In this document: one piece after another, positions 39,470 to 52,942 of the stretch | Layout: the number at the start of each line of letters is the position of its first letter | How positions within the stretch are numbered: position 1 is the first letter of the stretch | Assembly: GCA_030324005.1 (NCBI GenBank) | Contig: JARDVH010000140.1 | Span: 34,468,391 to 34,532,243 of the forward strand | Reading direction: 5' to 3' | DNA from: Negaprion brevirostris | Taxonomy: Eukaryota | Length of the DNA stretch: 63,853 nucleotides | Translations under genes and position numbers: made by a program | Notes under the pieces: model-generated | The model's database searches: none | Told to the model about the DNA's origin: nothing | The model's input: only the letters and a program-made list of their open reading frames with translations

Positions 39470-39995
39470 ACAGGAACATAGGAGTAGCAGTAGGCCATGC
39501 AGCCTGTTGCACCTGATCCATCATTCTGATCATCTACCTCCAAGTTATTTTCCCCACTATTCCCATATCCCTTGATATAATTTGTATCCCATTGATTTTT
39601 GAACATACTTAGTGATGGGGCTTCCACACCCCTCTATAGCTCTCCTGCAATACCCTGTAAGAATTTGAAAGTTTCAATGAGATCACGTCTCATTCTTTGA
39701 AACTCTGGAGAATACAATTCTAGTTTCGTCAGTCTCTTCTCATAAGCAATATTTCCATCCCAGGGATCAGTCTGATGAATCTCCATTATACTCCCTCAAT
39801 GGCAAATATATCCTTCCTTGGATGAGACCAAAGCTGTACACCCTACTCCAGGTACTATCTCACCAAGGCTTTATACGATTGCAGCAAGACATCTTTACTC
39901 CCATACGCAAATGTCCTCGCAGTGAAGGCCAACATATCATTGGTTGCTATATCTACATGCTAGCTTTTAGTGACTTATGAACAAAGGCATCCAGG
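39470..39995 (-). mobile_element. CR1 LINE 3' fragment
   Basis: GGAACATAGGAGTAGCAGTAGGCCAT is the reverse complement of the CR1 tail, followed by ORF2 remnants. Confidence 0.7.
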
Positions 39996-41029
39996 TATAA
40001 GGTTTAGGATTTCAAGGTATAAAACCCTTTAATTTAACAAATTCTAAGATCCAAATTTTTAATTTCTAGCGCTATGATCCTCAGTTATGCTTGATCGTCA
40101 AGGTATGAATAAATAGTATTTGTGAAAAAAGTAAAAATTTATTGAGCAAGATTTTACATTACTTAACACAAGCAGTGAAGATAACAAAGAAGTTTCTTAT
40201 CTTTCAAGATCCTGGGAATTCTTGGTGTTGCCAGCACAGACAATGTCTTTTTCTTCCCTGGGAAGAATTTTCTCATTTTTAGGCAGAGTGGCGCAGCGGG
40301 TGGGAAAACGGATGGAAACTGCCAGCCCATGGGCTAGCTTCCTCTGGTATATGTTTCAGGATTTATAGAAAAAGTTAAGCAGCAGGTCCCATGAGCTGGC
40401 CCCAGATCCTTCAGTTCTGATAAAGGGTCATCCAGATTCAAAATGTTGGATCTATTCTCTCTCCACAGATGCTGTCAAACCTGCTGAGTTTCTCCAGCAT
40501 TTTCTGTTTTTGTTGTGTATGAAAATACCGTGCCTTGTGAGACATTTTCCTGTTTCTACACTCTAACCTAGACTAAGCTGTGAACAAAAGTACTGCCTAA
40601 ATCTTCTACTACAAATATTAGAGTAAAAATAAAAAGCAGCGCCTCCTCTCCCCCTCTCCACTGAATTTTCTCTTGCATCAAATTCTGCAGTCAATTCTGT
40701 GAACATTCTGTGTGACCCATCCTGATGGATTGGAAGCATTTCAATTTATTGTGCTATTGAACAAGTTTTTAATCAAACACAATATTTTACACCTGATCAT
40801 ATTTGAATAGAATGCTAATGGATGGAAAAATTAGACAGTGACTAAAAATTTCATATCCCTGAAATCCCAATTTGCAATCCTAGTGACCACATAGCTTTCA
40901 ACATTCTGCCAAGTTAACATTAATGTACCAATAATGAATTGTAGGCTGCAGCAGAACCTCCTCATCAAAAGGTTTACAATTTAATTATCAAATCTTGTTG
41001 ATTAAATTGGTTCCTTGGTTCTACGTGCT

Positions 41030-44000
41030 TCATAGAAACTAACTTACAACACAGAAGGAGGCCAGTTAGCCCATTGTACCCGTGCCAGCTCTATGAAAGA
41101 TCAGTCATGCTTCGTCCCACGTCCTTGTTGCTCGTCAGTCATTTTGTAAGTTTCCCAACTACTTATGAAATCAGCTTCCACCATTTTATCAGTAGAGTGT
41201 TCCACATCCAGCAACTCAAGTGAGTGGGGGAAAATCCTAATTTTTCTTTTAGATATTTTTCCGTTGAGTCTTTGACATTCAATTGTTGACCCGTTTGCCA
41301 GAGGGAAATAACTTCTTTATCTACTCTGTCAAAACTTCTTTTCATCTTGAAAAACTCCATGGTCATCTCTTAACTTTCTCTGTTCCAAATTTTTGCAGCC
41401 TGTCCTCAGAACAGAAGTTGCACATCCCCAGTAATTCCTGGTGAACTTAATTTGTACTCTTGAATATTTTTACATCTTCCCCAATTATTCAGCTGAGGCC
41501 GAAGTGATGTTTTATAACATTTTAGTATGACCTTTGCTTTTATGTTATATTTCTCTGTTTATAAACCCAAGTAAGCTGTATGCTTTTTAATCATCTTATC
41601 AAGTTCCCTGTCTCCTTTTCAGGATTTATATCTTTGAAATTCAAGGTCTGTCCGCTCATCTACACTTTCACCATCTTGCCTTTTATTGTACGCTGCCTTT
41701 TCATATTATTTCTCAGAGTGCATTACTTTATACTTAACTCATTTCACCATCCTAAGTCATCCTGAATACAGTAAACTACATTCATTATGATCTACTTTAC
41801 CAAATACCTGTAAGTTTTATAATATTGTTTCCTACACCAGAGTCTAAGTTATTTATTTAAAAAAAATGCAGAGTAATGAACCCAAAACTGACCCTTGGGG
41901 AACACCACTGCAAACCATCTTCCAATCTGAAAAACATCAGGCCACTTTGCTTTATGTCGCCAAACTAATTTTATATCCAAACCAACACTTTACCCTTAAT
42001 CAAGGGTTTCGATNNNNNNNNNNACATTAAAAAGCCTCTTTGTGCCACTTTGTAAATGCCTTCCAGAAGTCCATACAGGCAGCCCTTGGACTTAGCACAC
42101 AATTTGTTCCTGAAAATTGCCATTTGAGTCAATGTCATAAGATTAATGTTATTAATGGGGAATTGTTCCTGATCAAAACCTGATATTCCTATTTTCACCA
42201 AAATGACCCAGAATTTTGTATTCAACAACTATAGATATAGCAATGTATTTATTGACATAAAAATCACAGAAATGCATGCCCTGTATGGTACTGTACACAG
42301 TGCATTACCTACAAGAAAGCACAGACAAATTTTAAAGCCTTACATTTTCTTCATCATTCCTGGGTTCATGGGTGGGTCAGACTGAGTGAGGATTTCACGG
42401 TTTTTTGAGATGATTTCAGTGAGGGGACCTGGACTTTTTGAAGGGCTCTTGGTTGGACATTTTGAAGGTATTTCGACCGGAGCTGTCTTAGGATTCTTGG
42501 CTGCAGGTTTTTCTGGAGTTTTGCCTGCTTTCTTAAAGAAGGTGCCCAAGGAAATGAGGGCAGATGTGCTCCTCTTTTCCTTGTGAATTTCTCTGTAGCA
42601 GCTGAATATGCCCCTATTCATTGCGCACCATGTTCAATGTTGGGGTTGTGTCCCTCAAACAGGAATATGGCAGCTTCCAAATGTTGAAATGCCTCAGCCA
42701 ACGCTTGTGCTGTCAAGTTTTTATGGGGAGATAATTCTTCAACAGTAGGTGCATCTTCTTCTTCCTCTGCCACGTTTTGCTGTTCCAATTCAATTCAGTC
42801 CTCATTAGTTAATTCTTCAGAATGTGATATCAGAAACTAATCAGCATTCTCTTGTGCAGTATAAGTTGAGGTTTTTAACCTATTTAAACAACATTTTCAG
42901 TCATCTCTTCAACAATATCCACAAAGCCTTGCAAGTCAGACAATTTCCTCCAAACAGCATGCAATTTTGATTGTGTGACATAATTCCATGCCTTACCTAT
43001 ATTGTTAACTGTGTGGTAAATTTTGAAGCCCTTTCATAATTCCTTCAGAGTTGGTCCACCTTGCTTCTGAGTTGCCCTGAGCAAATGTGCTCCTACGATT
43101 ATAGGCATTAAAATCTATAGGCTGCAACAATGAGGTGTTGGGAGACAGAAACACCACTTTGATGTCAGGGTGCATGTCATCAAGGATGGTTGGATGACTC
43201 TCAGGGTTAACAGTGCTTTAGATGCAAGGTCGTTTTTGTTGCAATAATCCCTGACACTTGGCACAAAATGATAAATAAACCAATCCTTAAAGATGTCCCT
43301 TTTGACCCACACCTTACAACTGGATTTCCCGGATCACTGGGAGAAATGCCTTGGACTATCCCTTGAAGACCTGGGTTTTCTAAATGCACATGTTTTAGTT
43401 TAAAGTCACCCACAAGGATTTTCTCCACTTTGGCAATGTAGGTTGTGGATAGCATTTTTCCCCAAAAGATTCCAGTTTTGTTAACGTTAAAAACTTGCCG
43501 CCTACAATCCCCACCCTCTTCAGTAACTTCAGTCAATGTCTCAAGAAAAGCACAAACTGCTGCCTCATCAGCACTGGCAGCTTCACCGGAGACATTGAAG
43601 TTCTGCAAATTGGCCCTGCCTTTAAAATGCATAAACCACCCCTCTACTTGTATTAAAAGGCTCATAATTATTTCCACTTTTGTTTCCATAGTAATTATTC
43701 AACGTTCCTTAGAAGAAGAAACGTCACTTGCACCAGATTTATGCTTTTCTATTATAGGCAAAGAAACTCTGAATTTTAAGAAAGGGTTTGAAAAAAACAA
43801 AAGCACTAAGTACTGTAAAAATGCATCAGAACAGCAATTGAATGTCAATGCACATGTATGAATGCCACCCCAAATTGAAACCAACACAAGAAAGTCGGAA
43901 CAGGGTGTCAGATTATAAATTTTGGAAACTTGTTCATTATAACTCAAGTGTCATAAAGTTGAGGACTGCCTGTATATACATCTAATACATCTAATAGTAA

Positions 44001-44340
44001 CTTGATCAAATTTTGCAGTTTCATCAAACAATTCAGTCAAGTTGTCAGACCTGATTTGTCTGTAACAATACTGGCTGTCCTAGATTAATCCGTAGCTCCT
44101 CAAATGAATGTTTATTTTGTCCCTAAAGAAGGTTTCCAATACCTTCGCACCACCAATTTTGGATTGACAAAGTCCATTGTTTTCTTGGTTTATACCTCTC
44201 CCCCTCCTTGAATAAAGGCATAAAATTAGGAATCTCCTAAATTGAAAGACTGTGACCAATTCCTCTTCCGTTTCTATTTTTGCTCCTTTTAGCACCCTAA
44301 GATGCATTCCAACTGGATCAGGTGACTAACCAACTTTGTC
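41030..44340 (-). mobile_element. Decayed CR1 LINE interrupted by a Tigger element
   Basis: RT remnants on both sides join as GCCTTCCAGAAGTCCATA|TATACATC (the YMDFxKAF motif on the minus strand). Confidence 0.65.
42076..43972 (-). mobile_element. Tigger/pogo DNA transposon with disrupted transposase
   Basis: TIRs CAGGCAGCCCT / GAGGACTGCCTG flanked by TA; transposase remnants GWFMHFK..GEAASAD..QVFNVNKTGIFW and WVKRDIFKDWF..HFVPSV..FC(L)P. Confidence 0.88.
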
Positions 44341-46150
44341 ATTCTAATCATTTAACTGTATCTTCTCTATTATCCTATCCATTACTTTCCTCTCCTTTTT
44401 GATAGTAATTGTCAAATCATCCACATTCTTTGTGAATATGATACAAATCATTTAATACTTTTGCATTTTCCTCCTTTTGACATGAAGATTTTCCTTTGAC
44501 CTGTAACAGGACCAACCTTTTCCCTCACTAACCGCTTATACTTTTTATTTTTATAAATGTTTTATAGTTCAATTTAATGTTGCCTGCTAGTCTTTTTTCA
44601 CAACTCTCCTGCCTCTCATATTAGCCATTTCAATTATTTTCTGTACATTTCATAATCTTCCAGGTTATTAACTCAATCTTGTTGCTGACATTTTTCATAA
44701 GTTTCCTTTTTCAAATTTATTTTAACTTTTGTTTCCAGAAGGGCTTAGTTCCCTTCAGGAACATGCATATCTTGTACCTGAACTGTTTTTCCTAAATGCC
44801 CTCCATTGCTCCATAGTAATAGAGAAGAAAAAAAGAGGAGGGGGACATTGTTGTATTGATTAAGAATGATATGATAGTTCTAAAAGGAAAGGATTTACTA
44901 CATGGTTCTCGGACTGAGTCTATTTGGCTTGAGGTGTGATTAATGTCCAAACATAACTGAAAATTCCCCCATTGTATTAAGGATAGTGCAGGAAAGAACT
45001 TTTTGATATGTACAGAGATATGAAACAATCTATAAATGTCATTCTTTTGATAATGATCCAAGTCGGGCAAGGAAGGAGACCGTGTTAAATCTGGCTCTGG
45101 GAAGTGCAGCGGTGTAAGTAATCATCTAGCTAACAATGCACACAACATAATTCCTTTTAAAGTAATTATGGAAACTGACCAGAAGACGTTGAATATAAAA
45201 ATGTTCACAATTAATTTCAGAGATTAAAGAAGGGACCTAGCACAGGAAGATTGGAAATGTTTCTGTTAATGCAATCATATTGTAGCATGCAGCAGTTTCT
45301 GCCTGCAGCTCACCAGTATTATTAATTACACTAAATTTATTCAATTCCAATGTGGTATAATAGCAATCTTCAATTTATGGATATATTACAAGTAATTTAG
45401 AAAGATGTTTAAAGGGTCCTCAGTGTTCATGGTATTCAAGCAACTTGGGAACAGCTNNNNNNNNNNNNNNNNNNNNNNNNNNNNNNNNNNNNNNNNNNNN
45501 NNNNNNNNNNNNNNNNNNNNNNNNNNNNNNNNNNNNNNNNNNNNNNNNNNNNNNNNCTATTTCTGTGTCTTTTAATAAACTAACAGAAGAATTTCCCAGA
45601 GTAGGCTGAATGCAAGGCAGGAGCAGAATATATTATTTAACTGTTACAGCAAAACCATGTTTGCATTTACCTGTCTCTTTATGGTAGCAAGGTATAATCT
45701 CTGTAAGTAAGCAGTGATGGAAGGTCAATAAGAATTACATCAATCTTTATGCAGTATGTTGGCAGATTGCCAGTAGTGTAAACTTCTGGTTCCTGACCAG
45801 TTTATAAATGCCCTTCAGCAACTGTGGTTGAGCATGACGTGGCTAGGGTTTTTTAAAAATAATTTTAATATAGCACAGTTGCAATTTGTTGATTTGTTTT
45901 TAATCAATATTGACAGATTCTGACAATATTTGTACAGGGAAATAGATAGTTGTGTTCCTTAAGAGGTTAAATTTTTTGAGGCAGTTTTGCAGTGTTGCAG
46001 CCTGCCTTGCTGCAACTGCTGTGTGCTGTTTACAACTTTTCTATTGGTTAGTGTTGAAGACTGAGCCTTTATTAGTCTGTATGGATTAGCACTTCATTTA
46101 ATTAAACTTGAAGCTCTCAGTTCCTCACAAATTCAGCTCATTGACAGTGA

Positions 46151-46321
<171 letters not shown>

Positions 46322-48126
46322 TAGACAATCCTAATCCAGTTCCCAGTGAGTTTAGGCCCACAGCACAAAACTGCCCCAACTTTAAAACTAAATCCCTTGC
46401 TGCACACCAAAAAGGCCAGAGTATTGATTGTTGGAGCTAATTTACATTTTGTTATGATAGGTGCAGCTGTGCCACACCTCACCTTTGAGTGGCTCATGAT
46501 GACATAGGCACTCAAAACATACAAACAAACATATGAATAGGGAGCATGAGCCACTCAGCCCCTTGAGCCTGCTCTGCTATTCAATAAAATTGTGGCTGAT
46601 CTGATTGTACCTTCAACTCTACATTCCCACCTAGTCCCCGACAACCTTTCACCTGTTGCTTATCAAGAATCTATCTAGCTCTGCCTTCAAAATATTCAAA
46701 GACTGCTTCCACTGCCTTCATGGCTGAGTGAGAGAAGAAGGAATGGACAAAATTGCCATTTTTCCTTTTGACTGCTTTTTCCACATTTCTATTGAGTGTT
46801 CTGTGGATGCTGAAAGACTTGCACAGAAATCCTGATGACAGCCAGCTCTATCTCTCTACCCCAACTTTCAATTCTTGTAGTGCTCCTCCAATGTCCAGCT
46901 TTGGATGAGTTGCAATTGCTTCCACCACAAAGACTTTATTGTTGCCTTTAACTCTATCCCATTCCCTGGCCCTTGTCTCTATCTGAATCAGACCCTGTTG
47001 CTTTATTTAACTTTAAGTTGAGCTTCCAATTTCATATGCTGTCCATCACAAACTCTGCTTACTTGCACTTCTGTAACATCACCAGCCTTTGTCCCTACTT
47101 AAACCCTTCTGTCACTGAGACACTTATTCTTGCTGTTGTCACTTCCAAACATGATTACTTCAATGTTCTGCTGGCTGGTCATCCTCTACATCTTCCATAA
47201 GTCGCAATTTGTCTAAATCTCTGCTGCCTCTTAATCTAGTCCACACTAAACCCTGCTTGCTCTTCACATCTGTTCTTGGTTAGGAATTCAAATGAAAGAT
47301 TTTCACTTTGTGCTTAAATTTTTTCATAGCCTCATCCTTCTACATGTCTGACCTTCTCCAGTTCTACAACCATCTTCAAACCATCCTTGACTCCAGCATT
47401 ATGTACCTCTGCCCTATTCATCCCTCTTATATTGTCCTGTTAGTAATGCTTGACTCTTCAGCCTTCTCCCTGACACATTTGTGAAGATGTGGAGATGTGG
47501 GCGTTTGACGGGGGTAAACATAGTAAGAAGTCTCACAACACCAGGTTAAAGTCCAACAGGTTTATTTGGTAGCTAACGCTGTAGAACAACTTTTCAATGT
47601 TGAAAGTACTATACCAATAGAGTTAACTCCAATTCCTCGCACTATTGGTCTCAGTAATTGCTGAAAAGAGCTTTTAACAAGCTCTTAACGTGGCTCATTT
47701 ACTATGTGGCTAAAAGTGACATATCTCCATTCTCCAGGACCCACTCTGAAAACAAAAATAATATGTTCAGCCTTGTGCCTTTTTTAAATTACTTGGAGAC
47801 TTGGGGAGCCTATATTTCCCTGCTATTTTGTCCATGGCAATGTCTTGGTCAAAATTGACTTGTCGATCAATTAGCATTCCTTTTCTCCTGCAATATAAAT
47901 TGTTATGTTGATTTGAAATTCGGCTTTCTTGCACTGCCCAGTAGAGTGCAAGGCAAAAAACTTTGGCAACATGTCTCTTTTCAGCAATATTCAAGTTCTG
48001 TACAAGCAAGTGACTGTCTTAGTAATTCCTCAAACCAGTCCCCCTTAATGATATCAGCAGTCACTAAGTTAATTGTTACAATTGACAATTCTTGATACTC
48101 TTACTTTTCTCTTTTTTTTCCCAAAG

Positions 48127-48156
48127 GACATCCGAGCTCCTCGATTGGCTCAATTG
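48127..48156 (+). other. Candidate 30-nt in-frame microexon of BCL7B (DIRAPRLAQL)
   Basis: Long pyrimidine tract then CCAAAG|, donor TTG|GTAAGT, phase 0-0 compatible with flanking exons; no transcript evidence. Confidence 0.45.
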
Positions 48157-48655
48157 GTAAGTATATTGACCAGGGTAAAACTAAGAAGACCCCAGGTTCA
48201 ATTCTGTGCTGAGAGGCAGCACAGTGGCACAATGGTTAACACTGCTGCCTCGCAGCACCAGGGACCTGGGTTCGATTCCCAGCTTTGGTCATTGTCTTTG
48301 TGGAGTTTGCACATTCTCCCCATGTCTGCGTGGGTTTCCTCCAGTTTCCTCCCACAGTCCAAAAATGTGCAGGTTAGGTGAATTGGCCATGTCAAATTCT
48401 CCCTCGGTGTACCCAAAGAGCTGCCGGAGTGTGGCAACTAGGGGATTTTCACAGTAACTTCATTGCAGTGTTAATATAGGACTACTAATAAATAAACTTT
48501 AAAATAAACTTTAGAATTAACTGATCCCAGCTCAGCCTCTTTCAGAAATGCTACATTTGACCTCTGTGCCCCGTGTTAGCCATAGGGTTAAAAAATCCAT
48601 CCCAGGTTCCCACTATGATCACTATCCAGTAACGGCTGTTGAGGTATGTATCAGG
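48131..48655 (+). mobile_element. LF-SINE-like element interrupted by a V-SINE (48213-48511)
   Basis: tRNA-like head GGCTCAATTGGTAAG..CCCAGGTTCAATTC, CTGTGCTGAG|insert|TTAACTGATCCCAGC, then CAGGTTCCCACTATGATCACTATCCAGT. Confidence 0.6.
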
Positions 48656-48659
48656 AAGG

Positions 48660-49471
48660 GCAAGAAGTTGGCAGATGGGGTATAATGTGGGGAAATGTGA
48701 AGTTGTCCACTTTGGTAGGAAGAATAGAAAAGCAGAATATTAACTAAATGGTCAGAGACTGCAGAATGTTGTGATTCTGAATGTGATTGTACATGAATCA
48801 CAAAATGTTAGCATGCAGATCCTGCAAGAATTAGGAAGGCAAATAGAATACCTTTTATTGCAAGGGTGAGAGAGGGCTAGTGGGGTATAAAAGTAGAGAA
48901 GTTTTGTCATAACTGTACATTGGTGAGATCACATCTAGTGTGCAGTTTTGGTCACCTTAAGGAGAGAACTACTTCCATTCGAAGCAATTAAAAGGTTCAA
49001 TAGACTGATTCCTGGGAGGAAGAGTTGTCTTATGAGGATAGGTTGAGCAGATTGGGCCTATACACGTTGGAGTTTAAAAGAATGAGAGCTGATTTTATTG
49101 AAGCATATAAGATTCTGAGGGAGCTTATCGGTAGATGCTGAGAGAATGTTTCTGCTCTTGCGGGGATCGAGAACTGGATGCACAGTTTCAAAGTAAAGGG
49201 TCTCCCATTTAGGCTGGAGATGGAGAGGAATTTCATTTCCCAGGGGTGAGTATTGTGTTTGAAAATCTCTTCTCTTGTGAGCTGTGGAGGATGGGTTGTT
49301 GAATATATTCAAGGCTGGGCTAGAGAAAATTTGATTAAGGGTTATGGAGTTCAGGCAAGAAAGTGGAGTTAAGGCCACAATCCGATCAGACTTAATCTTA
49401 TTGACTGATAGAGCAGGCTCGAGGGGCCGACTAGACTACTTCTCCTATTTCTTGTGTTTTTATGTTCTTAG
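48660..49471 (+). mobile_element. CR1 LINE 3' fragment ending exactly at the BCL7B exon 3 acceptor
   Basis: WQMGYNVGKCEVVHFGRKNRKAEY, SYEDRLSRLGLYTLEFKRMR, tail GGCTCGAGGGGCCGA..CTACTTCTCCTATTTCTTGTGTTTTTATGTTCTTAG. Confidence 0.85.
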
Positions 49472-49586
49472 GACAAATCAAAATCAAAGAACAGTCTTGA
49501 AACAAAAGGTACAAAGGGAGACAAAAGCTTCCCACTGCTGCCTGTGTCTGATAACAGCTCCTCTCCCATTCTTCTGGAGCTGAATG
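49472..49586 (+). CDS. BCL7B: BCL7B coding exon 3
   Basis: TTCTTAG|GAC..: DKSKSKNSLETKGTKGDKSFPLLPVSDNSSSPILLELN(D), resembling human EKSKSN..NSSLLLEFQD; 115 nt; donor GTGAGT. Confidence 0.88.
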
Positions 49587-50308
49587 GTGAGTGTGTTTAA
49601 ACTCTATTGCATGGTGCTCTGACATGATGTAGAGATGACCCAGTGCACTTACTGTTAGTTTTATTTGATCTATACTGTTACATCTTTTGGGATACAAGTT
49701 ACACTGGAGATGGTAATGATAAGCCGTCCTTTTTGAGAGATTTATTTAGTTTTTCTTTGCAACTGAGTGGCTTGCAAACTCACTTCTGAGGGTTTTGAGA
49801 CTCACTTGTGCAGTGTAGGAGTGGAGTAACATGTTTGACAGACCTGATATAGATGGTAGGTTGCCTTCCCTGACAGCTATTATGAAATTGGTTGAGATTT
49901 TCATGTTGACTTTTTTCCCAGTGTTATTCCACAAATGACCAGATTTTTCCATTTTGGGATTTGAGTTGCTAGTCCAGCCCATTATCATGCCCGCTCTGCT
50001 ACTGTGTCCCAAGTATCAACTGGTAAAGAATTGTGTAAAGCAATATCTAATCATTTAAAATGTTCATGTATAATACTAATTGCCAAAATATTGAATGTAT
50101 TCAAGAGGCAGCTAGAGTTAGTACTTGGGGCGAATGAGATTGGAGGTTATGGGAAGAAAGTAGGGTTTGGCTATTGAGTTGAATAATCAGCCATGATTGT
50201 GATGAATGGCAGAGCGGGCTCGAAGGCCAAATGACCTCCTCCTGCTCCTATCTTATATGTTTCTATGCTACATTTTTATATGGCAATTTTCTTATGCTCA
50301 CACACAAT

Positions 50309-50577
50309 GGCCGGGATTCTCCCAAAAAAAATTCTGAGTGTTGAATTCTCATTTATATTAGAGCAAATAGTGCTTTTTCGGTGGAAGTCTCAAAATGAAT
50401 CTCCCACATTGTATGCACTGCAGAGCGCCTCATTGTGAATCATACTGAAAATCAGTGAGCAGGGCCTATTCCCACCTGGGAGGCTGGCCAGTCCCATGGA
50501 CCCTGCAACGCCAACTCTCTAACTCCCCCACAACTTGATTTCTGGCCCCCCCGAACATTCCCAGTAGCCCCGATCTC

Positions 50578-50626
<49 letters not shown>

Positions 50627-51030
50627 NNNNNNNNNNNNNNNNNNNNNNNNNNNNNNNNNNNNNNNNNNNNNNNNNNNNNNNNNNNNNNNNNNNNNNNNNN
50701 NNNNNNNNNNNNNNNNNNNNNNNNNNAAGCTGCCAGCTCCCCATAAGTGGAGGGCTACTATAAATCCCGCTGGTGTTAAATACTCCTGGTGCAGGGAGAG
50801 GCTAATAGGACCAACGACTTCAGTCCTGGGCTCGCTAATTTAATATAAAGTATGTAAATGAAATCCTGCATACATAATGCAGCTTGGCGCCTATTTCCAG
50901 CGTGGAGCTGATGCTGCCGAAAATCTGGCGCTGGGAGCTGCTTTCGTGGTGCAATGCCCAACACGAATCCCAAGCTTTAGGTGCCACTTAAATCTCCCGG
51001 CCGGCACAGCGGGATGGGCGAATTGTCCCC
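50309..51030. mobile_element. GC-rich non-autonomous element with short GG..ATTCTCC / GGAGAAT..CC-type inverted ends
   Basis: Ends GGCCGGGATTCTCCC and GGGCGAATTGTCCCC; related to 36012-36430; similar ends at ~18736-18866, 24060-24183 and 25669-25812. Confidence 0.5.
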
Positions 51031-52771
51031 AATAACTTTGTCCCTAGGCTTGTTCAGCATAACAGCATCAAAGCACTATCAGAGCAATGACATTTCTGTC
51101 TGAAATGCTCCTTGTCACAGCCTTAGTTCATCGCATCAAATTGGCCTCATCATGGGTCCCAAGCAATTATTAACTTGTAACCACCAGAATGTTACCCTAG
51201 CTCACACTACATTGTTCAAGTTCGGAAGAACAGAGTAAATAAACAGTTTCTTCTCAAAATTCATGCAGATTGAAAGTGGCATAAAACTTCACTGAAACCT
51301 ATTGTCAACGCTAATATGAATTCCCAAACTTCATCTCACCCTCTGGGGAAGGAGAGACAATTCAATTGTAAAGAAAGGTGGAGCACAAGCCACTTTGGGA
51401 TTGCATGAAACACTTTAGGTGGCTGATTGTAGAGCAGGACAGTAGAGGATAGGAGGCTCTGTGGCATCATGGGTAGTGTCCCTGCCTAAGCCAGAAGCTC
51501 TGGTTTGCATCCCATCCCTAGGCTTGATGGCCAAAGAAGATGCATTCATAATATGACCAAACAGGTTGAGTTTTAACCTGCAAAGCCTTCCAAATGTGCC
51601 AAGCAGTATGAGTTGGAGAGATCCCTGGTCAGCCATGTGATGTAAAGAATGTTGCAGCCTGTACCATCACTGTCTATTGCTTCAGATTATAACATGCAAA
51701 AGTGCTTGTTGGCACAGCATCTGGGACTCCCTAAGTGAACTGTTAACACACCATCATCATGGGTAGAGAAGCTGAGGAATAAATACAAAAGAAATAATTG
51801 AAAATTTGAAATGACTGACCTCCAATACAACTGGTGATGTGACCTTTATTACATCAACTACAAATTAGATACTAACTAATTAATTACATATATATTTTAA
51901 AAGAAGCAACACATTTTAGCTCAGTCAGTAAATGCATCAACTATCACTGACCATGTATAGAACCTGAAGGTCCCAGATTTAATTTTTGTTCTTTATCTAA
52001 TTAAATGATAGCTGTGGTGTCAGGACAGTATTTGGTCAAAGTCCTTGAGCTAAGGAGGAAGAAAACTTGGGTAGGAATTTTCTTACTGATTGTTTACCAG
52101 GAACATCTCTACTCTTCAACCCCCTTTCTTCCTCCAATCTTGCAAGCACACCGTTCCACCACCCCACCGCCTTGACTGAAAAAAGTGCAGGTGTAGACAT
52201 CACCTCAGGTTGTTTGTTAAGGTTCCCGCTGTTATCTGGACTGCCAACACTGACTGGCTTTATTGATGGGACCATCTCCAGACTTGAGCTCTTCCTTTAA
52301 TGGAGAGATGAGTAGACTCCTGCAATGGCACTAATTAATAACAGCATCACTCTGAGTAGCACAAACTAGAAAGTACCATGTTTGATTCTCAGCTTGATTC
52401 TTAATCCCAGTTACTTAGTCTGATTGAGCATCATGGTATAGCTCAGTGATTGGTCTTAATACCCCTGAGTCAGGGATGAGAAACAATTGTATTGGATGAG
52501 TTGGGCTTGGCTCAGATGCCAGATGTAGGAGAACAATTTGACAGTATTTACTGTCCAGACTTGTGCGTGGAGAATGGTCACTAGGAACGATAAAGCACCT
52601 TGTACCCATAAACAAGCAGGAGTCAATGCCTCCAGGGGAGCAGGGATGGAAATTAAGGAAAGAGTTTTAAATTGCTTATTAATGATAGGCCTAAATTATT
52701 GGACTGTTTTTCTCTTTCCTTATGAGAAATTCAGATTGATTTAAGTATGTCTTTCCTTCCTAATCTTTCAG

Positions 52772-52942
52772 ATGAGACGAGTAATCAAAGCTCCCTGTCA
52801 GATGCCTACCAGGTAAAAGTGGATAGCAGTACAAACTCGAGCCCCAGCCCGGAGCAAAGTGAACCTGTCAGCCCAACGCTTCTGTCTGATTTTAAAGCAG
52901 ATGACTCTCAGCCTCCCATGCTTGGGCAGGAAAGCATGGAAG
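52772..52942 (+). CDS. BCL7B: BCL7B coding exon 4
   Basis: TTTCAG|AT GAG..: (D)ETSNQSSLSDAYQVKVDSSTNSSPSPEQSEPVSPTLLSDFKADDSQPPMLGQESME(E); 171 nt; donor GTATGG. Confidence 0.94.

Noticed and set aside
42340..43689. Domesticated TIGD-type gene
   Set aside because: Frameshifts, stops and retained TIRs show a decayed transposon
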